DNA of 32,000 bases from Planctomycetales bacterium (GTDB taxonomy: Bacteria > 4484-113 > JAFGCY01). Location: positions 3,480,001 through 3,512,000 of the forward strand of contig CP060262.1 in assembly GCA_022646745.1 (NCBI GenBank). The letters run 5' to 3'. Below, in pieces: positions 1 through 7,500 of this stretch. Position 1 is the first letter of the stretch. Every line of letters begins with the position of its first letter. The position numbers and the translations under genes were made by a program. The notes below the pieces were generated by a model, which saw nothing but the letters and a program-made list of their open reading frames with translations, ran no database searches and had not been told where the DNA came from.

Positions 1-1
1 C

Positions 2-316
2 AGCTACTACCAGTCACATAACAGCAACGACAGCTGCACCGTCTGTCACAGCAGCTTCGACCTGTATGACGACCGGGTGTCCAACTTCATCACACTCAAC
101 ACGGAGAACTACCACCGCCTGCACGTGGAGGGACAGCGCATCGGCTGCGTGGAATGCCATGACCCGCATGGTTCCAGCCAGCAGGCGTTGATCAGGCGCA
201 CGCTGATCACCGGGGAGCTGATGACCTACTTGCCGACGGGCCGCGGAGCCAGCTGCAGTGTGACCTGCCATGGGGCCACGCATGACTCGCTGGAGTATGT
301 CAACCGCCTGCCCTGA
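2..316 (+). CDS. multihaem c-type cytochrome, C-terminal fragment (5' end outside window)
   Basis: The frame is open from the window edge. It contains CTVCH and CVECH (CxxCH) plus CSVTCH (Cx3CH) haem-attachment motifs. Stop TGA 314-316 directly abuts the stop of the convergent gene. Confidence 0.6.
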   Translation, partial: SYYQSHNSNDSCTVCHSSFDLYDDRVSNFITLNTENYHRLHVEGQRIGCVECHDPHGSSQQALIRRTLITGELMTYLPTGRGASCSVTCHGATHDSLEYVNRLP

Positions 317-1696
317 TCAGGGCGTGACCGGGAAGCGGGCGCGGCGCAGGGCGATCGCGATGTCGTTGTCACTGATCGGCCGGCGCTGCAGCTCATAGCG
401 CAGGCCATTGGCCTGGCTGACAGCTGCCTCCGGGTTGTCAATGTAGCTCATTGAGACCAGGCTCAGTCCCTGGATGTCCAGCGACTGCACGGTACCCAGC
501 CCGACCTTGAAGCTCATGCGCTTCACACCGCTGTCATTGAGGTTCGCCATCTTGTTCTCGTAGATCACGCGATGGTCCCCCGGGGGCAGCAGCATGCACA
601 TCACCTGCTTGGCCATGATGCGCTCCTCGGTCTCCTTGACGCGGTAGACCCGCTTCTTGAAGAGGGAGTCGGCATCGAAGTGCACGTAGACCGTGTCCGA
701 GTCGTGCATGTCCCAGTCGTTGTCATCGGCGTCCCACAGGAACAGGCGCGATGCGCTGTACTGGCGCAGCTCGACACCGTCCACCGTGATCTCCGCATTG
801 TGGAAGCGGTTGCCATTTATCTTGTCGTAGATCTCGCCGGTGAACACCTCGTCGCCGTAGACCGGGGCGTAGATCGGGGCGAACCACATCAGGAAGCCAC
901 CGCTGACCGCGGTCTGGATGTCCATTGGCTGCGGGGCCGGGCCGAACACGTAGTCGAAGCTGTCGGCATCGCTGGTGGCCTTGGTGAAGATGTCCTCCCA
1001 CTTGAAGATGCCGCTGCTGATCTGCAGGCTGAGCATGTCCTCGGCGCGCAGGGCGTAGCCGCCGCCCTTGCCGTCACTGCCGATGATCAGGCCCATCACC
1101 TGGAAGTCCTCCGAGACGAGGATGCCGCCGGCGCTGCCAGGGTCGACGTAGCCACTGAAGTGGATGTAGCTGAACTCCTGGCGGATCTCGGCGGTGAACC
1201 AGTTGCCATCGAACATGCGCGGGAAGTTGATGTCCAGCACCTCCCCCTCGCTGACCGCCTGCTCCAGGTAGGAGGCATGGGCATAGATCTGCACCGGGGT
1301 GCCGGGGGTGACGGTCTTCGTATCCATGTAAGTCATGTTGTCCGACTCGGAGGCGTACAGCGGCTCGGAGTAAAGCACGGCCGTATTGCGGTCCTTAGCC
1401 AGGGTCTCGAAGCGGGTGATGTCCATGATGCCGAAATCGGCGTGCAGCAGGCGGATCCGCTCAGCATCGGCGATGGCATGGAAGGGCACCATCACGTAGC
1501 CGCGGTTGAAGCGGAAACCGGTCACGCGGCGGGTGGTGCCAAAGCGGGTATCCACGATCACCTGCACGATGGAGGACAGGGCCTTCTTCGCTCCAACGCG
1601 CGGGTTGATGGCATGGGCCGGGCTACTCGGCACGAACGCCAGCAGGCAGGCAGCCAGCATGCCGCCGAGCATGATACGCAGTACTGTCATCACCAT
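317..1696 (-). CDS. secreted protein with a trypsin/chymotrypsin-fold-like N-terminal half and an unknown C-terminal half
   Basis: 459-aa ORF with an N-terminal signal peptide (LLAFVPSSPAHA). Candidate triad order is H73 (VPFHAI), D102 (KDRNTAVLY), then DPGSAGGILV resembling GDSGGP/GNSGGPL. High GC3. Confidence 0.6.
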   Translation of the reverse strand: MVMTVLRIMLGGMLAACLLAFVPSSPAHAINPRVGAKKALSSIVQVIVDTRFGTTRRVTGFRFNRGYVMVPFHAIADAERIRLLHADFGIMDITRFETLAKDRNTAVLYSEPLYASESDNMTYMDTKTVTPGTPVQIYAHASYLEQAVSEGEVLDINFPRMFDGNWFTAEIRQEFSYIHFSGYVDPGSAGGILVSEDFQVMGLIIGSDGKGGGYALRAEDMLSLQISSGIFKWEDIFTKATSDADSFDYVFGPAPQPMDIQTAVSGGFLMWFAPIYAPVYGDEVFTGEIYDKINGNRFHNAEITVDGVELRQYSASRLFLWDADDNDWDMHDSDTVYVHFDADSLFKKRVYRVKETEERIMAKQVMCMLLPPGDHRVIYENKMANLNDSGVKRMSFKVGLGTVQSLDIQGLSLVSMSYIDNPEAAVSQANGLRYELQRRPISDNDIAIALRRARFPVTP

Positions 1697-1962
1697 CTCC
1701 CACCCAGATCCGGCTGGATGTAATCCCCCCGCCGAAGTTCGGTTGATTTATCGAGACGGAAACGCGGGGTCCAATCCGCGAAACCTGCAGTCACGATAGC
1801 ACAGTCCGGGCAAACGGGAGTGGCTGAAAACCGCCGCGGCTTGGCAGGCCGGTTGATGAAATTGTGCTGGATGTTTGGCGATTTGCCGTTTATCAAATAA
1901 TCATGCAATTCCACAGGTAGTACCGCTCAGCCCTTTGCACATGCGGCCGCGCTTGTCCATTC

Positions 1963-1992
1963 TTGACAGAAAACGGTCAAATGTGATATAAT
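1963..1992 (+). promoter_or_regulatory. sigma70-type promoter for the DUF885 gene
   Basis: TTGACA (1963-1968), 18-bp spacer, TATAAT (1987-1992) preceded by TGa (extended -10), about 40 bp upstream of the ORF start. Confidence 0.55.
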
Positions 1993-2031
1993 AAGTGTTC
2001 GGTTAACGACGATTAATTATCGAGGTGTTCC

Positions 2032-4482
2032 TTGTCCACTCCAAGCGCGGGTAGCGGGTCCGCAAAATCCAGCAAAGGCCAGCAGGATTTTGATAAGCTG
2101 GCCCAGAAGTACTTCGACTGGCTGATGCGCCAGTATCCGGGTTTTGCCACCTACATGGGAATCCATGAATTCGACAGCAAGCTAACCAATTATGCACCAC
2201 GCGCGCTGGAGATGCGCCGTGAGAAGGTCAAGGAATTCCACGACGCCTTCAAGGCGATACCGGCGCGTGAACTGAACACCGACAGCCGCATCGAGCGCCA
2301 GCTGATGGTCGACACGCTATGGATCCAGATGGCGAAGGAGAAGAACTGGGCCCGTGAGGAGCGCGACCCCGGTTTCTACCTCGATGACGCCGTCTACTCC
2401 TGCTATTCAATCACCGTGCGCGACTGCGGCGATGCCGAGGAAGCCGCGCAGAAGATGACCGAGCGCCTGCTGGGCATCCCGAAGCTGCTCGGCCAGGCCA
2501 AGAAGCTCGTCACCCGCCCGACCCGCATCAACTGCGAGACGGCGATCATGGCCGGCACTGGTGCGATCAACTTCTTCAAGGACACCGTTGCCAAGTTCGC
2601 CAAGCGCGTGAAGGAAGCCTCCACCCGCCAGTCTATGCGCGTCGCCACCCAGGTGGCCGAGGACGCCGTGACTGACTACATGAAGTGGATCGAGGAGGAG
2701 ATGCTCCCGATCAGCAACATGGACTTCGCGATCGGCGAGGAGCTGTTCAACCAGATCCTCAAGCGCGAGCACCAGCTGGACATGGATTCCGAGGAGCTGC
2801 TGGACCTCGGGCGCCGCGAGTACCGCCGCACCATCAAGGAGCTGGAGGACACCGCGCGCCGCGTCAGCAGTGAGTTGAGCTGGGAGGAGCTGATCGACCG
2901 GCTCAAGCTGCAGCACCCGACCAACAGCGAACTCGTGCAGTACTACGCTGATGAGATGAAGCGCGCCAAGCGCTTCGTGATCGAGAACCGCCTGGTTGAC
3001 ATCCCCGAGGGCGAGAAGATCGACGTGGTGCCCACGCCGGAGTTCGCCCGCCCGGTGATCCCATACGCCGCCTATGTTCCGCCCGCTCCCTACGACGGTG
3101 AGCAGCGCGGCATCTTCTGGGTGACCCCGGTTGACAAGGACAAGAGCATCGAGGAGATGGAGGAGCAGCTGCGCGGGCATGCCACGCATGGCATCGTCGT
3201 CACCGCGCTGCATGAGGCCTATCCGGGCCACCACCTGCAGATGACGCTGGCTAACCAGCTGCGCCATCGCCCGCTGCGCGTGCTGCTGTCAACGAGCGTG
3301 TTCGTGGAGGGCTGGGCGCTGTACTGCGAGGAGATGATGTGGCAGCAGGGCTTCTACGATGACCTGCGCAGCCGCTTGCTGCAGCTGAAGGACCAGCTGT
3401 GGCGCGCCTGCCGGGTGATCCTCGACGTGCACCTGCACCGCAATGAATGGAGCATCGAGAAGGGCATCCGCTTCCTCGTGCACAAGGCCCGCCTGGAGCG
3501 GCCGAATGCCGAGGCCGAGGTGCGCCGTTACTGCCAGTCACCGACGCAGCCGATGAGCTACATCGTCGGCAAGATGCAGGTGCTGGACATCCTGGACGAC
3601 TACAGGAAGCTGCGTGGCAACGCCTTCAACATCCGCCAGTTCCACAACGAGCTGATCCGCCACGGCAGCCTGCCGCTGAAGCAGATCCGCCTGCTGATGA
3701 ACCTCGATGGCAAGCTGGATGCCGAGGAAGCTGCCGCTGCGGCCGTACCGGCGAAGAAGGCGCGTGCCAGCAAGGCCGCTGCCAAGCCTGATGCGGCACC
3801 TGCCGCTGCCGCTGCCAAGAAGACCCCGGCCAGGAAGAGCACGACAGCCAAGCCGGCCGCAAGCAAGGCTGCGACGACGCCGGCGGAGAAGAAGCCGGCT
3901 GCCACAAAGTCAACATCCAGCAAGTCCACTGCGGCGAAGAAGCCTGCGGCCAGCAAGGCGAGCACCAGCAAGACGACTGCCAGCAAGACCGCCGCTGCCA
4001 AGAAGCCCGCTGCCAGCAAGGCAACAGCCCCGGCTGCGAAGAAGCCGGCCGCTGCCAAGTCAACGGCGAGCAAGCCTGCTGCGGCAAAGAAGCCGGCTGC
4101 CGCCAAGACGACGGCCAGCAAGACCACTGCAGCGAAGAAGCCTGCGGCTGCGAAGTCCACGGCAAGCAAGACCACTGCGACTGCCGCCAGGAAGCCTGCT
4201 GCCGCCAAGCCGACGGCTGCCAAGAGCACTGCGGCGAAGAAGCCTGCGGCCGCCAAGCCTGCTGCCAAGAGTACGACGGCCAGCAAGTCCACGACCCGCA
4301 GCACTGCAGGCACTGCCAAGACGACTGCAGCCAAGAAGCCCACGACGACCCGCAAGGCTGCCAGCACGACCGGTGGAGCCAAGACAGGCAGCACCGCGCG
4401 CAAAAGCACTACGACTGCGAGCAAGGCCAAGCCTGCCGCAGCGAAGAGCACAAGCCGCAAGCCGGCAGCGAAGAAGAAGTAA
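2032..4482 (+). CDS. DUF885-family protein (metallopeptidase-like) with a long C-terminal Ala/Lys/Pro/Thr-rich tail
   Basis: 816-aa ORF with a TTG start; the true start is uncertain. The HEAYPGHHLQ motif and overall length of the N-terminal ~545 aa fit DUF885. No signal peptide seen. Confidence 0.75.
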   Translation: MSTPSAGSGSAKSSKGQQDFDKLAQKYFDWLMRQYPGFATYMGIHEFDSKLTNYAPRALEMRREKVKEFHDAFKAIPARELNTDSRIERQLMVDTLWIQMAKEKNWAREERDPGFYLDDAVYSCYSITVRDCGDAEEAAQKMTERLLGIPKLLGQAKKLVTRPTRINCETAIMAGTGAINFFKDTVAKFAKRVKEASTRQSMRVATQVAEDAVTDYMKWIEEEMLPISNMDFAIGEELFNQILKREHQLDMDSEELLDLGRREYRRTIKELEDTARRVSSELSWEELIDRLKLQHPTNSELVQYYADEMKRAKRFVIENRLVDIPEGEKIDVVPTPEFARPVIPYAAYVPPAPYDGEQRGIFWVTPVDKDKSIEEMEEQLRGHATHGIVVTALHEAYPGHHLQMTLANQLRHRPLRVLLSTSVFVEGWALYCEEMMWQQGFYDDLRSRLLQLKDQLWRACRVILDVHLHRNEWSIEKGIRFLVHKARLERPNAEAEVRRYCQSPTQPMSYIVGKMQVLDILDDYRKLRGNAFNIRQFHNELIRHGSLPLKQIRLLMNLDGKLDAEEAAAAAVPAKKARASKAAAKPDAAPAAAAAKKTPARKSTTAKPAASKAATTPAEKKPAATKSTSSKSTAAKKPAASKASTSKTTASKTAAAKKPAASKATAPAAKKPAAAKSTASKPAAAKKPAAAKTTASKTTAAKKPAAAKSTASKTTATAARKPAAAKPTAAKSTAAKKPAAAKPAAKSTTASKSTTRSTAGTAKTTAAKKPTTTRKAASTTGGAKTGSTARKSTTTASKAKPAAAKSTSRKPAAKKK
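3715..4479 (+). repeat. coding low-complexity repeat (AAKKPAAAK / TASKTT units), histone-H1/AlgP-like
   Basis: About 255 aa composed almost only of A, K, P, T and S. Recurring DNA units such as gcgaagaagcctgcggc occur at ~3933, ~4133 and ~4233. Confidence 0.85.
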
Positions 4483-4487
4483 CAACT

Positions 4488-4517
4488 CAGGTTGCAGGGA
4501 GCAGGGAGCAGGAGCGG
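4488..4517. repeat. short G-rich heptamer array (CAGGTTG CAGGGAG CAGGGAG CAGGAGC)
   Basis: Tandem 7-nt periodicity immediately after the DUF885 stop. It shares GGTTGCAGGGA with the array at 14163-14199. Confidence 0.5.
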
Positions 4518-4565
4518 ATACAAGTGCTTCCTTGCCTGTGCGCGCAGGCGGATCAGGCTGCGTTG

Positions 4566-4602
4566 TGGGAGAGATACTCGCGCACGGGAGGATTCGAACC
4601 CC
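4566..4602 (-). repeat. partial copy of the tRNA-Arg 3' end (att-like direct repeat)
   Basis: 37/37 nt identical to 5065-5101 (tgggagagatactcgcgcacgggaggattcgaacccc). It covers the T-loop, the 3' acceptor strand and 13 nt of trailer. Confidence 0.9.
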
Positions 4603-4609
4603 GTCGCAC

Positions 4610-5050
4610 TTATTCTGTTCCAGAGCTGTCAGTAATCAGACTAAGCTTTTGCCCATCGTATCGAAAGACTTCCGAGAATATCACTCTGTAGTCTTGGCCT
4701 CCCGACAAGCCATAAACACCGACAATTCTGTAACTCTCTCCAGATGTCAGCAATGACCGATCAAGCGAGTATCGGCGGACCTCGTTTCGCAATTCCTTAC
4801 CCAGTGCCAACTCCGTGAAGGAACCGGATTGCTGCGTTAAGGCTACTTTGCTGACATAGTCATGCAACCATATGCTGGAAGGATCAGTGTCCGGGATCAG
4901 GAACAATCTTTCTGCAACTCCATCAGAACCAGATGTGATGTCGATCTGGATTTCGCTTGGTTCATATCTGAAACTGACATTACTGACTTCTTGAACGCAG
5001 CCGCAAGAGTATATGGAAGCGATAAGTAATGCAGCAATTGCTGTTTTCAT
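4610..5050 (-). CDS. hypothetical lipoprotein (low-GC insert gene)
   Basis: 146-aa ORF with signal and lipobox-like LIASIYSC. It is visibly AT-richer than its neighbours and fills almost the whole interval between the two tRNA-Arg repeat copies. Confidence 0.6.
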   Translation of the reverse strand: MKTAIAALLIASIYSCGCVQEVSNVSFRYEPSEIQIDITSGSDGVAERLFLIPDTDPSSIWLHDYVSKVALTQQSGSFTELALGKELRNEVRRYSLDRSLLTSGESYRIVGVYGLSGGQDYRVIFSEVFRYDGQKLSLITDSSGTE

Positions 5051-5077
5051 TTCGCCGACCTGGCTGGGAGAGATACT

Positions 5078-5151
5078 CGCGCACGGGAGGATTCGAACCC
5101 CCGACCTTCTGATCCGTAGTCAGATGCTCTAATCCTCTGAGCTACGTGCGC
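5078..5151 (-). tRNA. tRNA-Arg (anticodon ACG)
   Basis: Cloverleaf read by hand: acceptor GCGCACG/CGTGCGC, anticodon stem TCTGA/TCAGA, loop CTACGGA, T-loop TTCGAAT. 74 nt, no encoded CCA. Confidence 0.9.
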
Positions 5152-5163
5152 AAGGGGAGAGTA

Positions 5164-5191
5164 AGTGTACCACCAAAACATCCGATGTCAA
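5164..5191 (-). promoter_or_regulatory. putative sigma70 promoter of tRNA-Arg
   Basis: On the minus strand: TTGACA, 16 bp, TACACT, ending ~12 nt before the tRNA 5' end. Confidence 0.45.
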
Positions 5192-5375
5192 GCGGCTGCC
5201 GGGAATCTCCACCGGCGCTGGATTCCGGCCCGCTGCGGGCCGCAAGCCAGGCTGAAACAAGCTCCCGGCCAATGGTGTCTAAAAGGTTAAGCCCGGGTTC
5301 CGAACAGCTTTTTGATGTGCACAGTCTGTGAAAACATAAGCAGTTTTCCAGACTCGTCGGGTATGCTTAACCGTG

Positions 5376-5480
5376 ATGGACATTACCGGCGTAATCGGAC
5401 TACTGGGCCTGTCAGGCCTGCTGTTCTGGGTCTTCAAATCCATGGCCAGCAGCCCCGGCGGCGGTGGATGCGGCCATTGA
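5376..5480 (+). CDS. micro-ORF 1, 34-aa single-TM peptide (MDITGVIGLLGLSGLLFWVFKSMASSPGGGGCGH)
   Basis: ATG to TGA, hydrophobic helix followed by a Gly-rich C-terminus ending C-x-x. GC3 is about 74% by hand count, like the flanking genes. No clear SD. Confidence 0.35.
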   Translation: MDITGVIGLLGLSGLLFWVFKSMASSPGGGGCGH

Positions 5481-5488
5481 GGCTGAGC

Positions 5489-5511
5489 TTCATGGCCGGT
5501 CGGCCGATGAA
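5489..5511 (+). other. stem-loop after micro-ORF 1 (core CCGGTCGG)
   Basis: TTCATGGCCG-GT-CGGCCGATGAA, about 10 bp with one bulge. Confidence 0.6.
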
Positions 5512-5543
5512 CTATATAAGCAAGTGATTGACGGACAGGACAG

Positions 5544-5630
5544 ATGATCGGTACTGAGGGAGCATTCCTCCTGATTGTGTTCGGCGTCGTGGCCTGGCTG
5601 GCATTCAAGAAGGGCAGCTGCGGCCTTTGA
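5544..5630 (+). CDS. micro-ORF 2, 28-aa single-TM peptide (MIGTEGAFLLIVFGVVAWLAFKKGSCGL)
   Basis: AGGA 4-6 nt upstream of the ATG. Hydrophobic helix then KKGSCGL. GC3 about 75%. The stop context tgaggctga matches micro-ORF 1. Confidence 0.4.
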   Translation: MIGTEGAFLLIVFGVVAWLAFKKGSCGL

Positions 5631-5642
5631 GGCTGAACCGAC

Positions 5643-5658
5643 GGGACCGGTCGGTCCC
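5643..5658 (+). other. stem-loop after micro-ORF 2 (core CCGGTCGG)
   Basis: GGGACCG-GT-CGGTCCC. Confidence 0.6.
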
Positions 5659-5684
5659 CTGCCCCGGCGATGGTGGAGGAACCA

Positions 5685-5780
5685 ATGCAGCTAAACATCT
5701 GGACACTGATGGCGATAGCCGTGGCGATTGGCACCGCGGCCTACATGGTGCTCGGAAATGGTGGAGCCTGCACCACCTGA
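5685..5780 (+). CDS. micro-ORF 3, 31-aa single-TM peptide (MQLNIWTLMAIAVAIGTAAYMVLGNGGACTT)
   Basis: Strong SD GGAGGA 4 nt upstream of the ATG. Hydrophobic helix then GNGGACTT. GC3 about 74%. Confidence 0.5.
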   Translation: MQLNIWTLMAIAVAIGTAAYMVLGNGGACTT

Positions 5781-5792
5781 CACTGATATAAG

Positions 5793-5806
5793 GTGCCGGT
5801 CGGCAC
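5793..5806 (+). other. stem-loop after micro-ORF 3 (core CCGGTCGG)
   Basis: GTGCCG-GT-CGGCAC, 12 nt before the rseP ORF start. Confidence 0.6.
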
Positions 5807-5818
5807 TGATAACTAAGG

Positions 5819-7399
5819 ATGGAGCCGGGCCTTCCCGGAATGTGTATGGATTTCCTGTTGAATGCATTAGCAGTGGTCTTGGTCTTTGGTCTGATTGTGT
5901 TCATCCACGAATGGGGCCACATGATGGCGGCCAAGCGAGCCGGAATCGCTGTACCGACATTCGCGATCGGTATGGGGCCGAGCCTGTTCAGCTTCTGGTT
6001 CGGTGAGACTGAATACCACCTCTGTGCCTTCCCGATCGGCGGTTTCGTCAAGATCTCCGGCATGGTGGACGACGGACACATGCCCGACAAGGCGGACAAC
6101 GCACAGCATGTGGATGAAGTCCCGGCCGAACCCCGGCTCAAGCCCCTACCCTCCGGCAAGGAGCGCATGCTTACAAAGGACTGGAGCGACGCGACGGGCT
6201 GGGAGAAGGCCTCGATCCTCGTGGCCGGCCCACTGATGAACATCCTGGCCGCGATGCTGACCATCTTCGTGATGGGCCAGATCGGCTTCCAGGTCAACGA
6301 CGTGATGATCAATGGCGTCGAGGACGGCATGCCGGCCCAGCAGGCCGGACTGCAGGCCGGTGACATCGTGCACAGCATCAACGGCAGCGTGGTGGAGAAC
6401 TCACAGCAGTTCATCCATGCAGTGCAGGCCAGCGGCGGCGAGACCGTCAGCATCGGCATCAAGCGCCATGGCGAGGATGTCGAGATCTCGGCCACCCCGC
6501 GTTCCCGCGAGGGCTTTAATGAGGGCAAGCTCAGCCTCGGCGTCGTACTGACCGAAGTGATGAAGAGCAGCAACATCGTGTCGCTGGTACCCGCCCGCAG
6601 CAGCGGCTACAGTGCCGGCCTGCGTGTCGGCGACCAGGTGGTCGAACTCAATGGCGAGCCCGTCAGCAATGGCCTTGACGTGCTGTTGGCAATGGCGCCA
6701 TTCAACGATGCAAGCTATGAGGCACAGGACTACTACGGCCATCCGCTGGACAAGGAAGGCCATCCGCTCGGCGAGGACGGCGAACGCCTGGCGGTGTCGG
6801 AGGCCGGCTTCCTGCTGGATGCCTCCGGCAAGCCGCTCGTGAGCGAGGTCACGGGTGAGCCGATGCAGGCCACCGTGTTCGGCCCGATGGCGCTTACGGT
6901 TGAGCGTGATGGTGAGCGGATTCCGATCACCCTGCCGGCGGCTACCACGATGGTCAGTGGCGGCGTCAGCTTCCGTCCGGACCTGATGCGCCTGCCCTTC
7001 GACCGCGCGCTGCTGCGCAGCCTGGACGAGGCGAAGTACAGCCTGCTGGGCATCATTGACGGCATGCGCGCGATCTTCACCAAGGAAGGCTCGAAGAGCG
7101 TGGGCGGCCCGATCATGATCTTCAACCTGATCGGCCAGAGTGCATCGAGCGACATCTACACCTTCCTGATGATGTTCATGGTGATCAACATCAACCTCGG
7201 CGTGCTGAACCTGCTGCCCTTCCCGCTGCTGGACGGCGGGCGCCTGGTGTTCGTGGCGCTCAAGGGCATCGGCCTGCGCATCTCCGAGAACAGCGAGGCC
7301 ACGGTGCATTTCGTCGGTTCGTTGATCCTGATCGGCTTCATCCTGTACGTCAGCTTCTTCGACGTGCTTGCGCTGATCCCGCGCGGCGGGGGCGGCTAG
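5819..7399 (+). CDS. rseP: RIP metalloprotease RseP (M50 site-2 protease) with PDZ region
   Basis: HEWGH (HExxH) in TM1, and the NLLPFPLLDGGR motif near the C-terminus. PDZ-like segment GMPAQQAGLQAGDIV...ING. By homology the start may be the internal ATG at 5846 (MDFLLN...). Confidence 0.9.
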   Translation: MEPGLPGMCMDFLLNALAVVLVFGLIVFIHEWGHMMAAKRAGIAVPTFAIGMGPSLFSFWFGETEYHLCAFPIGGFVKISGMVDDGHMPDKADNAQHVDEVPAEPRLKPLPSGKERMLTKDWSDATGWEKASILVAGPLMNILAAMLTIFVMGQIGFQVNDVMINGVEDGMPAQQAGLQAGDIVHSINGSVVENSQQFIHAVQASGGETVSIGIKRHGEDVEISATPRSREGFNEGKLSLGVVLTEVMKSSNIVSLVPARSSGYSAGLRVGDQVVELNGEPVSNGLDVLLAMAPFNDASYEAQDYYGHPLDKEGHPLGEDGERLAVSEAGFLLDASGKPLVSEVTGEPMQATVFGPMALTVERDGERIPITLPAATTMVSGGVSFRPDLMRLPFDRALLRSLDEAKYSLLGIIDGMRAIFTKEGSKSVGGPIMIFNLIGQSASSDIYTFLMMFMVININLGVLNLLPFPLLDGGRLVFVALKGIGLRISENSEATVHFVGSLILIGFILYVSFFDVLALIPRGGGG

Positions 7400-7500
7400 G
7401 CCGGGCCAATACCGGAGCAGAAGCCCGCACGGAGCAATGCTGCACTGGACTGGCCGTAAATGATAAACTGGCATCATCATCCTTGGTTCAGAGAATTGCG

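Noticed and set aside
314-319. Convergent genes with abutting or overlapping stop codons forming palindromes: TGA|TCA at 314-319 and CTAG at 30241-30244.
   Set aside because: This is real in the sequence but most simply explained by genome compaction. There is no further structure to suggest function.
4566-5151. An active integrative element at tRNA-Arg.
   Set aside because: No integrase, excisionase or other mobility gene lies between or beside the repeats. It is only a remnant or minimal insert, reported as a finding rather than as a mobile element.
5229-5243. Hairpins GGCCCG-CTG-CGGGCC and CCGGGAATC...GATTCCGG (5199-5228) as a riboswitch or sRNA upstream of the micro-ORFs.
   Set aside because: I could find no match to any conserved RNA family (SRP, 6S, tmRNA, common riboswitch cores) by eye. 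Short GC-rich hairpins are expected by chance at this GC content.
5279-5734. 151-aa (-) and 71-aa (+, 5312-5527) ORFs in the tRNA-Arg/rseP intergenic region.
   Set aside because: Their translations are Arg/Pro-rich and lack features. They overlap the three better-supported micro-ORFs, which have TM character, host-like GC3 and SDs.
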